Notes: generated from the sequence alone by a model not told the origin. A stretch of DNA of 58,340 bases from Clostridia bacterium (GCA_030525185.1 JAUNFH010000001.1:1-58340), one strand, 5' to 3'; shown: positions 33,511 through 43,733, numbered from the stretch's first letter. Translations and numbers: made by a program.

Positions 33511-34191
33511 TTAAAGGTAATTGAGAACGTCTCTGATGTCTTCAATTTCGGCAAAGACCCCTTCTTTTCCGAGCCCTTTGCCTTTGAAATCGCCGTAATT
33601 CATGCGGATAACCTTCATGTCTGCGCCGAGCGCACCCTCAACGTCATTGATCGGGTGGTCGCCGACAAAAAGGCTCTCCTCGTTTTTCACGCCGGCGCGT
33701 CTCACCGCTTCGTCAAAAATTCTGCGGTCCGGCTTATATATTCCGATGTCTCCGGAAACAACAACAACGTCAAAAAGGTCTCTGATTCCGGCGGTGTCAA
33801 GCTTCATGTTCTGAAGCGAGGAAACGCCGTTTGTGATTGCGCCGAGAATGTATCCTCTGCGCTTGACCTCTTTGAGCATATCGATCGCACCGGGGAGCAT
33901 ATCGACATTCTTTCCGTAATCATAATTGAACGAATCGAAAAGCTCCTGCATCGGCGGATGGTCTTTCCAATCCCAAAGTTCGATAAGTTCCGGAAAATAA
34001 ACTTCCCTTTCCTTATAGCCGCCGTCAACGTGCTCTTCCATTTCGTCAAGCTTTTTTTCTCTTTCCTCCTGCGATATGCCGGGGAAATATTTCGTCAAAA
34101 AGTTTTCGCAGTAAATTCTGTAAGCTCCCTTTCTGCTTTGGAGCGTGTCGTCAAAATCAAAAAATACCGCTTTAACGTCAAGTTTTTTCAT
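33511..34191 (-). CDS. HAD-superfamily hydrolase
   Basis: ORF 33511..34275, with the start moved to ATG 34191 (RBS AAAGGAAAG, downstream of the ribF stop). HAD motif I is VFFDFDDTL, motif II is ITNG, and motif III/IV is K.....F...........LFVGDHPINDVEGA. Confidence 0.75.
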   Translation of the reverse strand: MKKLDVKAVFFDFDDTLQSRKGAYRIYCENFLTKYFPGISQEEREKKLDEMEEHVDGGYKEREVYFPELIELWDWKDHPPMQELFDSFNYDYGKNVDMLPGAIDMLKEVKRRGYILGAITNGVSSLQNMKLDTAGIRDLFDVVVVSGDIGIYKPDRRIFDEAVRRAGVKNEESLFVGDHPINDVEGALGADMKVIRMNYGDFKGKGLGKEGVFAEIEDIRDVLNYL

Positions 34192-34222
34192 TGGTTCTTT
34201 CCTTTTTTCAAACTTGCGGCCT

Positions 34223-35137
34223 TCAGATTTTTTCTTCGGTCGCTTCATAAATTTCTCTTGCTTTTTTTGCGTCACGGCTGATTGCGTCCGTCAGCGTTTC
34301 AACCGAATCGAACTTTGTTTCGTCACGCAGAAAATCAAGAAGAAAAACTTCAACCTCTGCGCCGTAAAGGTCACCGGAAAAGCCGAGAATGCACGTTTCG
34401 CTTCTGAAACTTTCCCCGTCAACCGTCGGACGGGTCCCGATGTTTGTGACGGCCGGATACCACCTGTGGGAAAGTTCGACTTTTGAAGCGTAAACACCCT
34501 TCCGAAGTTTCACAAAGTTCGGCGGGAAAAACTGATTGATCGTCGGAAAGCCGAGGAGCCTTCCCCTTCTGTCTCCGCTGACAACTTCAATGCAATAAGA
34601 AAACTCGCGTCCGAGCATTGCGTTCGCATTTTTGATTTCCCCGTTTTGAAGAGCATTGCGGATTCTCGTTGAGCTTATCGCTTCGCCTTCAAAAATTGTT
34701 TCCGGAGCAACGAAAAGCGAAATTCCGAGCTTTTCGCATTCGGTTTTGAGCAAAGAAGTGTCGCCCTGCGCGTCTTTTCCGAATCGATAGTTATAGCCGC
34801 AGGATATCGCACGAACATTAAGCGAACAATAAATTTTCGTTATAAACTCCGCTGCGGAAAGATTTTGAATTTCGGAAAAGGAAGCGGTGACAATCGAAAA
34901 GCCCATTTTTGAAAGCTGTTCCCTTTTGTCGCTTTCCGTAATAATCGAAGGCGGAGCTTCACCGAAAAGGACTTTTTTCGGGTGCTCGTCAAAAAGAAGA
35001 ACCGCCGGAACAAGGCCCCTTTTCTCCGCTTCAAAAAGCGCTTTTTCAAGAACGGCTCTGTGCCCTTTGTGAATTCCGTCAAAATTTCCGAGCGCCAAAA
35101 GGCAGTCGGAGCATAATCTTTTATCCGTCTTAAACAA
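34223..35137 (-). CDS. ribF: Bifunctional riboflavin kinase / FMN adenylyltransferase
   Basis: ALGNFDGIHKGH is the nucleotidyltransferase motif. The C-terminal riboflavin kinase motifs are GRLLGFPTIN, GVYA and NIGTRPT. Confidence 0.9.
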   Translation of the reverse strand: MFKTDKRLCSDCLLALGNFDGIHKGHRAVLEKALFEAEKRGLVPAVLLFDEHPKKVLFGEAPPSIITESDKREQLSKMGFSIVTASFSEIQNLSAAEFITKIYCSLNVRAISCGYNYRFGKDAQGDTSLLKTECEKLGISLFVAPETIFEGEAISSTRIRNALQNGEIKNANAMLGREFSYCIEVVSGDRRGRLLGFPTINQFFPPNFVKLRKGVYASKVELSHRWYPAVTNIGTRPTVDGESFRSETCILGFSGDLYGAEVEVFLLDFLRDETKFDSVETLTDAISRDAKKAREIYEATEEKI

Positions 35138-35185
35138 ATCCGACCCCCCTGTTTGAGGTAATAAGTAAGAAGTTGATTTTTTAAG

Positions 35186-36079
35186 TTATTTGCTCATAAT
35201 TTTTTTCGGGCGAAGAAGTCCGGCTTCGTTGTCCGAAATTCCGACGCCGAGAAAATCCTTTTCCGGCGAAAAAACGCTGTAAAGAACCTTGTCCTTTGTC
35301 TTTTTATTCAGCCGTTCAAGAAAAAGCTCTCCGCCGTTTGAAAAGCGCTTTGCCTGATTTTCCGTAACGGTTATTCTTTCAAACGAAAGAACGTCTTCAA
35401 TCGGAACAACCGCTTCAAAAAGCCTGTCCGTCTCTTTGAGTTTTTCAAGTTCCTCAAGCGTGAAACACCGATCGATTGAAGCGGCGTTCGCTTTCACGCG
35501 CCGAAGTGAAGTCATAACGGCTTTTGTCGAAAGCGCTTCTCCGATGTCCGCAATCAGCGAGCGGACGTAAGTTCCGGCCGAGCAGGCAACGTAAAATTTT
35601 CCCTCATGACTTTTTTCGTCGTAGGAGAGAAGCCGAATGTCGGTGATGTTAATCTTTCGCTTTTCACGCTCGACGCTTTCGCCTTTTCGCGCAAGCTCGT
35701 AAAGACGGACGCCGTCCTTTTTAAGCGCGGAATACATCGGCGGAAGCTGAAACGTTTCGCCTTTGAATTTTTCGAACACGGCTTCAATCTCTTCTTCCTT
35801 CACCGAAACGTCGCAGACGGACAAAACGTTTCCCGTAATGTCCAGCGTGTCGGTTTCTTTTCCGAAGAGGAACGAAGCTTCATAGGCTTTTCCCGTTTCG
35901 GGAAGAAGGTCAATGAACCTTGTTGCCGCGGAAAGGGCAACAACCATTGCGCCCGTTGCCATTGGGTCAAGAGTTCCGGTGTGACCGGACTTTTTTTCGC
36001 CGAAAATCCGCCGAACTTTTGCACAAAGCAAAAACGACGAAATATCCTTCGGCTTGTCAACAAAAACAAAACCGTTCAC
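35186..36079 (-). CDS. truB: tRNA pseudouridine(55) synthase
   Basis: GFVFVDKPKDISSF...KSGHTGTLDPMATG contains the catalytic Asp motif. The position after rbfA/nrnA is canonical. Confidence 0.9.
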   Translation of the reverse strand: MNGFVFVDKPKDISSFLLCAKVRRIFGEKKSGHTGTLDPMATGAMVVALSAATRFIDLLPETGKAYEASFLFGKETDTLDITGNVLSVCDVSVKEEEIEAVFEKFKGETFQLPPMYSALKKDGVRLYELARKGESVEREKRKINITDIRLLSYDEKSHEGKFYVACSAGTYVRSLIADIGEALSTKAVMTSLRRVKANAASIDRCFTLEELEKLKETDRLFEAVVPIEDVLSFERITVTENQAKRFSNGGELFLERLNKKTKDKVLYSVFSPEKDFLGVGISDNEAGLLRPKKIMSK

Positions 36080-36092
36080 ACTTTCTGTCTCC

Positions 36093-37043
36093 TTAAAAAT
36101 ACTTTTTCATTTCGTCAAGGACGGCCTTTTTCGCTTCTTCGAGCGAACATTCAAACTGGCAGCCCGCCGCTCTTGCGTGTCCTCCTCCTCCGAAAGCGGA
36201 GCAGAATGCGGCCGCGTCAAGTCCTTCGTGGGTACGGACCGAAACTTTGAACGAACCGTCCTTTTTTTCTTTGAACGTTATTCCCGCCCGAACTCCTTCA
36301 ATCTGGCGCGAAAGCGCAACAATTGCGTCGCAGTCCTCTTCGCCGCAGGAACAGTCGGAAAGCATCTTCTGAGTGACGACAATCACGCTGACCTTTCCCT
36401 CAAAATAAAGTTCGAGCGAAGCAAGGCAAAGGCTTTGAAGCTTCAAAAAGCCCGGCTTTTTTGTTTCAAACATTCTTACGTTGACTTCGCCGTGCCTTGC
36501 GCCGAATTCAATGAGTTCGGCGGCAATGCGGTGGGTTCTCGGCGTAACGTTTGAATAACGGAAGCACCCGGTGTCGGTTGAACATCCGGTATAAAGCCTT
36601 GTTGCGATTTCTCCGTCAATTTTGACGCCGAGCTCTTTGATGATAAGATAAACAATTTCACAAACAGAAGCGGAATCGCCTTCAAGGTAGGTTTCTTTTG
36701 CAAAAAGTTTATTCGTCGAATGGTGGTCAATCGCAAGGGAAACCTTTGAGCCGAATTTTTCGTTGATCTCTTTTCCGAGAAGGACTTTATCCGCAACGTC
36801 AACGCTGACAACAAAACCGCTTTCCTCCGGAACGTCGTCGCTTTCGGCAATAAGAAAGCGGTATTTTTCCGGAATCGGGTCATTGTTTATAAGCTTTGCC
36901 TTTTTTCCGAGGCCGCGGAGCGCCAAAAGGAGCGCAAAGCCGCCTCCGAGTGTGTCGCCGTCCGCATTCGCATGGGTGAGAATGAGAAAATTGTCGTTCT
37001 CTTTAAGGAGCGAAACGGCGCGCGAAAAATCAATCTTCATCAT
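36093..37043 (-). CDS. nrnA: DHH/DHHA1 phosphoesterase (NrnA-type oligoribonuclease / pAp phosphatase)
   Basis: ORF 36093..37076, with the start at ATG 37043 (MMKIDF). DHH motifs are ILTHANADGDTLGG, DVAD and AIDHH. The DHHA1 motif is GGGGHARAAG. The gene overlaps the rbfA 3' end. Confidence 0.8.
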   Translation of the reverse strand: MMKIDFSRAVSLLKENDNFLILTHANADGDTLGGGFALLLALRGLGKKAKLINNDPIPEKYRFLIAESDDVPEESGFVVSVDVADKVLLGKEINEKFGSKVSLAIDHHSTNKLFAKETYLEGDSASVCEIVYLIIKELGVKIDGEIATRLYTGCSTDTGCFRYSNVTPRTHRIAAELIEFGARHGEVNVRMFETKKPGFLKLQSLCLASLELYFEGKVSVIVVTQKMLSDCSCGEEDCDAIVALSRQIEGVRAGITFKEKKDGSFKVSVRTHEGLDAAAFCSAFGGGGHARAAGCQFECSLEEAKKAVLDEMKKYF

Positions 37044-37392
37044 GTGTTCCTCTTTTTGCTTTGTCAAGCTTTTCAAAGAGCTTCACGCCCTGTTCAACGG
37101 AATCGTCCGCAACGAATCTGATTTCCGGAGCTTTTCTCAGGTGAAGACGGTTTCCGACTTCACGTCTGATCAGTCCCGTTGCGGCGGTGAGGCCTTTGAC
37201 GGCCTCCTTCGCTTCGTCAATTCCCGAAAGGGCGCTGACAAAAACTTTTGCAAAGGAAGCGTCCGGGCTGACCTCAACCCTCACAACGGTGAGCATTTTA
37301 TCTTTCACGCGCGGATCCTTGAGTTCGCGGATCAGCGCGGTAATTTCTCTTCGTATGTCTTCGGACACACGGTCTTTTCTGAAACCTGCCAT
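37030..37392 (-). CDS. rbfA: Ribosome-binding factor A
   Basis: RVSEDIRREITALIRELKDPRV...LTVVRVEVSPDASFAKVFV is an RbfA signature. It lies downstream of infB. Confidence 0.9.
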   Translation of the reverse strand: MAGFRKDRVSEDIRREITALIRELKDPRVKDKMLTVVRVEVSPDASFAKVFVSALSGIDEAKEAVKGLTAATGLIRREVGNRLHLRKAPEIRFVADDSVEQGVKLFEKLDKAKRGTHDED

Positions 37393-37443
37393 AGCAATAA
37401 ATTCCTTTCTCTCAAAGCGGTTTTATTGCCTTGAGCGGAAGAA

Positions 37444-39936
37444 TCAGTCTCTGTATTCTTCCATCATGAAGGCTTCAAGAATGTCGCCTTCCTTGATATC
37501 ATTGAACTTTGTAAGGCCGATGCCGCATTCAAAGCCGGACGCAACTTCCTTTACATCATCCTTGAAACGGCGAAGCGAAGCGATTTCGTCCTCCGCAACA
37601 ACAATACCGTCGCGGACAACACGAATCTGTGCGCTTCTTGTGACCTTTCCGTCGAGAACGTAGCTTCCGGCAATTTTTCCTGCGGAAGAAAGGTTCATGA
37701 CGGTTCTGACTTCGACTTTTCCGAGAGGAACCTCACGGAACTTCGGAGCGAGCATTCCCTTCATTGCCGCTTCAACTTCTTCGATGCAGTCATAAATAAC
37801 GCGGTACATTCTCATTTCAACGCCTTCACGCTCTGCGGTTGCCTGAGCGTTTGCGTCCGGGCGAACATTGAAGCCGACGATGATTGCGTTTGAAACGTTT
37901 GCAAGCATAACGTCCGAATCGTTGATTGCGCCGACGCCGCCGTGAATTACACGAACGCGGACTTCGTCGTTTGAAAGCTTTTCAAGGTTTTGCTTAACGG
38001 CTTCAACCGAACCCTGAACGTCCGCCTTGACAACGATTGCAAGCTCTTTCATTTCGCCTTCTTTAAGCGACGAGAAAAGGTTGTCGAGCGTAACTTTGTG
38101 GAACGCCTTGAACTGTTCTTCCTTTTCCTTTTGCTTTCTCTGTTCAACAAGTTCTCTTGCAAGCTTTTCGTCCGAAACGGCGTCAAAGCTGTCGCCTGCG
38201 TTCGGAGTTTCCGCAAGGCCGGTAATTTCAACGGGAACGGACGGACCTGCCTCTTTGAGACGTCTTCCGTTTTCGTTAACCATTACGCGGACACGGCCGA
38301 CCGCCGTTCCGGCAACAATTGTGTCGCCCGAATGAAGAGTACCGTTCTGAACAAGAAGCGTTGCGACGGGGCCGCGGCCCTTGTCAAGTCTTGCCTCGAT
38401 AACAACACCCTTTGCCGGTCTGTTCGGGTTGGCCTTGAGTTCTGCCATTTCGGCGACAAGAAGGATTGATTCAAGAAGCGAGTCAATACCCATCTGGGTC
38501 TTTGCCGAAACGGGAACACAGATTGTGTCGCCACCCCATTCTTCCGGAACAAGGTTGTATTCTGTGAGCTGCTGCTTGATTCTGTCGGGGTTCGCACCCT
38601 CTTTATCCATTTTGTTGATTGCAACGATAATCTGAATTCCGGCCGCTTTTGCGTGGTTGATTGCTTCAATCGTCTGCGGCATGATTCCGTCGTCGGCGGC
38701 AACAACCAAAACGGCAATATCCGTTGCCATTGCGCCTCTTGCTCTCATCGAAGTGAAAGCGGCGTGGCCCGGAGTGTCGAGGAATGTGAGCATCTGGCCG
38801 TTGCATTCAACTCTGTAAGCACCGATGTGCTGAGTAATTCCGCCGGCTTCGGTTGCGGTGACGGCGGTGTTTCTGATTGCGTCAAGAATTGAGGTTTTAC
38901 CGTGGTCAACGTGTCCCATAACAACAACAACGGGATCGCGCTTTTGAAGGTCCTCTTCCTTGTCTTCGCTGTCGTCGATGATTCTTTCTTCGATTGAAAC
39001 AACGACCTGCTTTTCAACCTTTGCGCCGAGTTCGGTTGCAACGATTTCCGCAGTGTCATAGTCGATAACTTCATTGACCGTTGCCATTACACCGAGCGAG
39101 AAGAGCTTTTTGATGACTTCGGAAGCGGTCATCTTGAGCATTGAAGCAAGTTCGCCGACGGTGATTTCTTCGGGAACTTTGATTGTAATCTGCTTTTTCG
39201 CTCTTTCGGCGGCAATTCTCTTGAGTCTTTCGGCTTCGGTTTCACGCTTTGAAGAGCGCATACCCTGCTTTCTGTACTGCTGGCTCTTTTGCTTGATCTT
39301 CTGCTTTGAAGAGCCCATGTCACGCATTTTGTTCGCCGGAGCGATCTGTTCGTAACGTTCGTTGTACTTTTCAAGGTCAACGTTGCTGCTTCTTGTGTCG
39401 ATATGTTTCTTTTCGCCCTTTGTTCTCGCCTGAAGCGGCTTGTTCGCTTTTTCCTTTGCCTTTTCTTCCTTCTTTGAAGGTGCGGCGGGAGCGGCGGCTT
39501 TCGGCTGTTCGGACTTTTTGTTTTCGGTTTTCTTTCCGTCCGTTGCTTTTTCGCCCTTCTTTTCGGACTTTCTTTCGGTTTTCTTTGCGTCCTGCTTCAA
39601 AGGTTTTTCGGTCTTCTTTTCGGCCGGCTTTTGGGCATCCTTCGGCTTTGCTTCCTTTTGGGCGGGAGCGGCCTCTGGCTGTTCGCTTTCTTCTTTTGAA
39701 GCGGCATTTTGCTTTTCGGCCTTTTCCTTTTCTCCGGCCGCAAAATATGCGTCGAACGATTCAACCTGATTCTGCTGGGTAATCGTTTCAAAAATGAGGT
39801 CAAGCTCCGAATCTTCAAGAGCGGTTGAGTGCTTTTTCGGTTCTGCGGAATCACCGTCAAGAATTTCCAGAATCTTTTTGCTGTTTACACCGAAATCTTT
39901 TGCAACCTCGTGAACTCTGTATTTATCTCTCGGCAT
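37444..39936 (-). CDS. infB: Translation initiation factor IF-2
   Basis: ORF 37444..39969, with the start at ATG 39936 ([17 protein letters not shown]). The G-domain motifs are [14 protein letters not shown] and NKMD, followed by the conserved C-terminal domains. Confidence 0.95.
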   Translation of the reverse strand: MPRDKYRVHEVAKDFGVNSKKILEILDGDSAEPKKHSTALEDSELDLIFETITQQNQVESFDAYFAAGEKEKAEKQNAASKEESEQPEAAPAQKEAKPKDAQKPAEKKTEKPLKQDAKKTERKSEKKGEKATDGKKTENKKSEQPKAAAPAAPSKKEEKAKEKANKPLQARTKGEKKHIDTRSSNVDLEKYNERYEQIAPANKMRDMGSSKQKIKQKSQQYRKQGMRSSKRETEAERLKRIAAERAKKQITIKVPEEITVGELASMLKMTASEVIKKLFSLGVMATVNEVIDYDTAEIVATELGAKVEKQVVVSIEERIIDDSEDKEEDLQKRDPVVVVMGHVDHGKTSILDAIRNTAVTATEAGGITQHIGAYRVECNGQMLTFLDTPGHAAFTSMRARGAMATDIAVLVVAADDGIMPQTIEAINHAKAAGIQIIVAINKMDKEGANPDRIKQQLTEYNLVPEEWGGDTICVPVSAKTQMGIDSLLESILLVAEMAELKANPNRPAKGVVIEARLDKGRGPVATLLVQNGTLHSGDTIVAGTAVGRVRVMVNENGRRLKEAGPSVPVEITGLAETPNAGDSFDAVSDEKLARELVEQRKQKEKEEQFKAFHKVTLDNLFSSLKEGEMKELAIVVKADVQGSVEAVKQNLEKLSNDEVRVRVIHGGVGAINDSDVMLANVSNAIIVGFNVRPDANAQATAEREGVEMRMYRVIYDCIEEVEAAMKGMLAPKFREVPLGKVEVRTVMNLSSAGKIAGSYVLDGKVTRSAQIRVVRDGIVVAEDEIASLRRFKDDVKEVASGFECGIGLTKFNDIKEGDILEAFMMEEYRD

Positions 39937-39940
39937 GTAA

Positions 39941-40270
39941 TCATTCCTTTCTCTGTGTATCTTGTTCAAACATTGACAAAAGCTTTTTTGAAAAGCCTTC
40001 GTCGTTTATGGAAATAACGGCAGCTTTTGTGCCGATTGCTTTTGAAAGTTCTTTAATTCCGAATTCTGCTTTCAAAACGGGGATGTTTTTGTTTTCATAG
40101 GAGCAGGCGTGTCTGACTTCCCTTTCAAGCCTTTCCGACGCGTCAAAGCAAAGGACGCAAAGTTTCGCTTTGTTTTTGACAATGCTTTCAATCACGGCGT
40201 CGTGGCCGGGGGCGAGCCTTCCGGCTCTTCTTGCAAGGCCGAAAAGAGAAAGAATTTTTTCCTCATTCAT
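39941..40270 (-). CDS. ylxQ: L7Ae/L30e-family RNA-binding protein (YlxQ)
   Basis: [31 protein letters not shown]. The position between ylxR and infB is canonical. Confidence 0.8.
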   Translation of the reverse strand: MNEEKILSLFGLARRAGRLAPGHDAVIESIVKNKAKLCVLCFDASERLEREVRHACSYENKNIPVLKAEFGIKELSKAIGTKAAVISINDEGFSKKLLSMFEQDTQRKE

Positions 40271-40550
40271 TCTCCTTCATCTCCTTTTCCATCCGGTCAA
40301 AAACTTCCTCCGGAATTTTGCAGGAGAGCGCACGCTCGATTCTTTTTGCCTTTCTTGCGGCGGCAAGGCAGGAAGCTTTTTTGCAAACGTATGCCCCGCG
40401 TCCGGCCTTTTTTCCGGTCAGGTCAAGGCTGATTTCATAATCGTCCTCGCCTTCGCCCGTTTTCGTCTTAACGACTCTGACGAGCTCTTTTTTCGGGAGC
40501 ATTTCGTTGCAGCCGAGACATTTTCTCATCGGAACTTTTTTTGCGTGCAT
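40263..40550 (-). CDS. ylxR: YlxR/RnpM family protein (DUF448)
   Basis: KKVPMRKCLGCNEMLPKKELVRVV...GRGAYVC matches the B. subtilis YlxR pattern. It lies downstream of nusA. Confidence 0.85.
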   Translation of the reverse strand: MHAKKVPMRKCLGCNEMLPKKELVRVVKTKTGEGEDDYEISLDLTGKKAGRGAYVCKKASCLAAARKAKRIERALSCKIPEEVFDRMEKEMKENE

Positions 40551-40574
40551 GATTTTTCTCCTTAAAGTAAAAAA

Positions 40575-41651
40575 TTATTCTGCGCTTTCGGCGGGCTTTT
40601 CAACCTTTTCGGAAGAAGCGGAAAGCGGCTTGATGTCAATCTTCCAGCCGGTGAGCCTTGCGGCAAGGCGAACGTTCTGGCCCTTGTTTCCGATTGCGAG
40701 CGAAAGCTGGCTGTCGGGAACGACAACGTGGCAACACTTTTGAACGTCCTCGTCAACGTCAACGGAAAGAACCTGAGCCGGAGCGAGAGCGGCGGCGATA
40801 TATTCGGCCGGATCTTCGCTGTAGCGGACAATGTCGATTTTTTCTCCACCGAGCGAATCGATGATGTTGTTGACTCTCTGACCTCTCTGACCGATGCAGG
40901 CGCCGACTGCGTCAACGTTTTCGTCTTTGCTGTATACGGCGATTTTTGTTCTTGAACCGGCTTCTCTTGAAACGGACATGATTTCAACAACGCCGTCATA
41001 AATTTCCGGAACTTCGGTTTCAAAAAGTCTCTTGACAAGACCGGGGTGTCTTCTTGAAATGCTTGCGTAGCTCGTTGTTCCCTCCTCTTTGATTGAGGCA
41101 ACGTAAACTTTGATGAGCTGGCCGGGCTTGAGGTTATCGTTCGGAAGCTGGTCGGCCTTCGGGAAGAAAGCGTTCGCTCTTCCGATTTCGATTGTTGCGT
41201 CGCCGGTTTCCGGGTCAACCATCTGAACCTTTGCGGTGACAACTTCCTGGAATCTGTTCTGGAATTCCTTGGAAGCGAGCTCTCTTTCGGCCTCTCTGAT
41301 GCCCTGGCGGATAACGCTCTTTGCGGTTTGGGCAACGATACGTCCGAATTTTTTCGGGTCAAGGTTAATTTGAACAACAGAACCGACCTGTGCGTTCGGG
41401 TCATAGTTTCTTGCTTCTTCAAGGGTCATTTCGGCTGCGGGTTCGGTGACTTCGTCAACGACGGCAATGTTGACATAAACGCTCATCGTCTGCTTTTCCG
41501 GGTCAATTTCGCAAACAACGTTGTCACGGTTTCCGTACTGATTCTTGGTTGCGGAGATGATTGCCGCCTTGATCTTTTCATAGATATAATCGGCTGAAAT
41601 TCCTTTTTCGGTTTCGAGAAGCTTTACCGCTTCAAAAAAATCCTTGTTCAT
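40575..41651 (-). CDS. nusA: Transcription termination/antitermination factor NusA
   Basis: The N-terminal domain begins FFEAVKLLETEKGIS. The S1 domain contains GDATIEIGRANAFFPKADQLP. The KH domains contain SREAGSRTKIAV and GACIGQRGQRV, then LAIGNKGQNVRLAARLTGWKIDI. Confidence 0.95.
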   Translation of the reverse strand: MNKDFFEAVKLLETEKGISADYIYEKIKAAIISATKNQYGNRDNVVCEIDPEKQTMSVYVNIAVVDEVTEPAAEMTLEEARNYDPNAQVGSVVQINLDPKKFGRIVAQTAKSVIRQGIREAERELASKEFQNRFQEVVTAKVQMVDPETGDATIEIGRANAFFPKADQLPNDNLKPGQLIKVYVASIKEEGTTSYASISRRHPGLVKRLFETEVPEIYDGVVEIMSVSREAGSRTKIAVYSKDENVDAVGACIGQRGQRVNNIIDSLGGEKIDIVRYSEDPAEYIAAALAPAQVLSVDVDEDVQKCCHVVVPDSQLSLAIGNKGQNVRLAARLTGWKIDIKPLSASSEKVEKPAESAE

Positions 41652-41714
41652 GTTTTTATAATCAATCCTTTCCGGTATATTACAATGTTTGTTTTTTTAC
41701 TTTTTGCGTCCGAC

Positions 41715-42185
41715 TCAAAAATCAAAATCGTCAAGCTTTATCCATGACGTTTCCTTTTTTGTTACGGAAAGACCGCTTTCATCCTCAAAACGGACGGTAA
41801 CAAGACCGTCGTCATAGCTTTCGAGAATTCCGGAAAATTCTCTCTTTCCGTCAACGGGGCGAATCGTTTTGAGTTTAACCTTTTCACCGATGTACTTTTG
41901 AAAATGTTCGTCTCTGACAAGTTCGCGTTCCACTCCGGGTGAGCTGACCTCAAGGCAGTACGCCTGCTCAATGAGGTCCGCCTCGTCAAGCGGATCGTTG
42001 AGCGCGCGGCTCATTTCAACGCAGTCGTCAATTCCGACGCCGCCGTCCTTGTCAATGAAGATTCTCAAAAACCAGCCGGTACCCTCTTTGAGAAAGCGGA
42101 TATCCCAAATCTGAAGTCCGAGCTTTTCCGCAATCGGCTGTGCGATTGCGCGAACGGCCGAAACGGTGTTCGAGTCTTTTGCCAT
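41715..42185 (-). CDS. rimP: Ribosome maturation factor RimP
   Basis: ORF 41715..42191, with the preferred start at ATG 42185, 9 nt after AAAGGGG. LGLQIWDIRFLKEGTGWFLRIFIDKDGGVGIDDC...YCLEVSSPGVEREL is the RimP signature. Confidence 0.9.
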   Translation of the reverse strand: MAKDSNTVSAVRAIAQPIAEKLGLQIWDIRFLKEGTGWFLRIFIDKDGGVGIDDCVEMSRALNDPLDEADLIEQAYCLEVSSPGVERELVRDEHFQKYIGEKVKLKTIRPVDGKREFSGILESYDDGLVTVRFEDESGLSVTKKETSWIKLDDFDF

Positions 42186-42344
42186 ATGCAATACCCCTTT
42201 TTATTTTAATCTTGAAAACACATTTAAGAATCGTCAAAACCCATCAAAGCCGGTTTTTCAAAACCGGCCGCCGACCGGTTAAAAGGCAATAAAGAAGAGC
42301 GGACTTCAAAAGCCCACTCTGAGTTTCACAATTCTACCTTGAAT

Positions 42345-42373
42345 ATAATACCACAACAAAACGTAAATATCAA
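42345..42373 (-). promoter_or_regulatory. Extended -10 sigma-A promoter of the rimP-nusA-infB operon
   Basis: On the minus strand: TTGATA (42373-42368), a 17-nt spacer, then TGgTATTAT (-10 at 42350-42345). This gives a leader of ~150 nt. Confidence 0.6.
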
Positions 42374-42468
42374 GTCCTTTGAGCATTTATTTTTCCGTTC
42401 TTTCAAAGGTTTTCGTTTCGGCTTTATGTCACGTTCTGTTTTCCGCATTCAAAAACGTCAAAAAACGG

Positions 42469-42522
42469 GCGGATATTTTCTTTCCGCAAACGGTGCTTCC
42501 CGCTTTGAAAGAAAATATCCGC
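42469..42522 (-). terminator. Rho-independent terminator of the ATP-grasp gene
   Basis: A 16-bp stem, GCGGATATTTTCTTTC / GAAAGAAAATATCCGC. On the minus strand it is followed by CCGTTTTTTGACGTTTTT. Confidence 0.75.
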
Positions 42523-42536
42523 ATTGTCTTTTCGGT

Positions 42537-43556
42537 TTATAAATTTTCGTAACCGGGAATTGCGTGAATCGTCGGAAGAATTCCCGTGTCTTTTCCGGAA
42601 AGGTTATAGTTTTGATACATATCATAGCCCGGAAGGACGTTTCCTTCAATGAGGAGCGGACCTTCTTCGGTAATCGCCGCATCCCAACCGACATAGCCGA
42701 CCTGAGGAATAACGTTCGCCGCCTTTTTGCAAAGTTCGACCGCTTCTTTGTGCATCGGAACTTCAAAATTCAAAAGATCGACCCCGGTCATCGGGTGAGT
42801 GGTATAGAAAAGGCCGGTTTTATCGCAGAAAGCCTTTGAAGCGGCTTTTCCGTCCTCACCGAGAAGGAAGTACATTCCGCCGCTCGTGATGTTGTCAACG
42901 GCTTTCGTTCCGTTTCCGAAGCGGAGAAGGGAATAAAGGTAATGAACCTCGCCGTTTTTATCGCGGAGAGTAACGATTCTGATTGAGTTGACCGAACTCG
43001 GGCAAAGTTCGTTCATGACGTGATGCTGTTTGATTTTTTCTTCAATCAAAACCTGGCCGTTTTCTTTGAGCTTTTCATAAAGAGCCGAAAAATCGGTGCT
43101 TTCGTCGGTGTCAACCTTTTCAATCTGCTGACCGCCGAACGAACGGGGATATTTTGCAAAAACGGTTCCGTGTTTTTTGCAAAAAGCCTCGAATTGCTTT
43201 TCATCGGCCTTTTCAAGGTTCAGCCAATCCCTCTTGATGAAATCGGAAAACGTTTCGTCGAATTTGAGCTTATCTTTGAAAAACGGCGTATACTCGGGAT
43301 CGTTCGCCGAAGACGAAAGCGCAACGTTTTTGTTGTATGTGAGGAAAGTGTCGCGTTTTGCGCCCTTGACTTTCGCAAAGCCGAAAACGGTGTAATCAAG
43401 ATATCCGATTCCCCTTTTTGCCGCGCAAACGCACATGTCCGCCGCAGTGAGAAGTTTGTTTGAACCGTAGTTTTCGTGAATTTGGTTGATATACATATTC
43501 ATGCGCTTAAAGCTCATGGATTTTACTCTTGCTTTAAAATTTGAAAAACTGCTCAT
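42537..43556 (-). CDS. ATP-grasp domain protein (sugar-transfer-associated ATP-grasp-like)
   Basis: 339 aa. The N-terminal region (MYINQIHENYGSNKLLTAADMCVCAAKRGIGYLDYTVFGF, DKLKFDETFSDFIKRDW) and the C-terminal GYVGWDAAITEEGPLLIEGNVLPGYDMYQ resemble this stand-alone ATP-grasp family. The assignment is from recall only. Confidence 0.5.
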   Translation of the reverse strand: MSSFSNFKARVKSMSFKRMNMYINQIHENYGSNKLLTAADMCVCAAKRGIGYLDYTVFGFAKVKGAKRDTFLTYNKNVALSSSANDPEYTPFFKDKLKFDETFSDFIKRDWLNLEKADEKQFEAFCKKHGTVFAKYPRSFGGQQIEKVDTDESTDFSALYEKLKENGQVLIEEKIKQHHVMNELCPSSVNSIRIVTLRDKNGEVHYLYSLLRFGNGTKAVDNITSGGMYFLLGEDGKAASKAFCDKTGLFYTTHPMTGVDLLNFEVPMHKEAVELCKKAANVIPQVGYVGWDAAITEEGPLLIEGNVLPGYDMYQNYNLSGKDTGILPTIHAIPGYENL

Positions 43557-43733
43557 TTTTTTACCTCTGTTATTATTTTATCGCCGTGTTAATTTTACCA
43601 TGCCGTTTCGATTTGTCAACAAGTCGGAAAAAGATATTACAAAATTTTAATAAAAGCCAAAGACAAAAATCATTCTAAACGAATTAAAATTTTTTTGATA
43701 AAATTAAACAGTATGTATTTTTCCCGGTTAAAC

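Noticed and set aside
40562-41422. 286-aa alternative-frame ORF within nusA
   Set aside because: It lies on the same strand in another frame of a highly conserved NusA coding sequence. The translation is rich in S/R/T/P, and there are no start signals.
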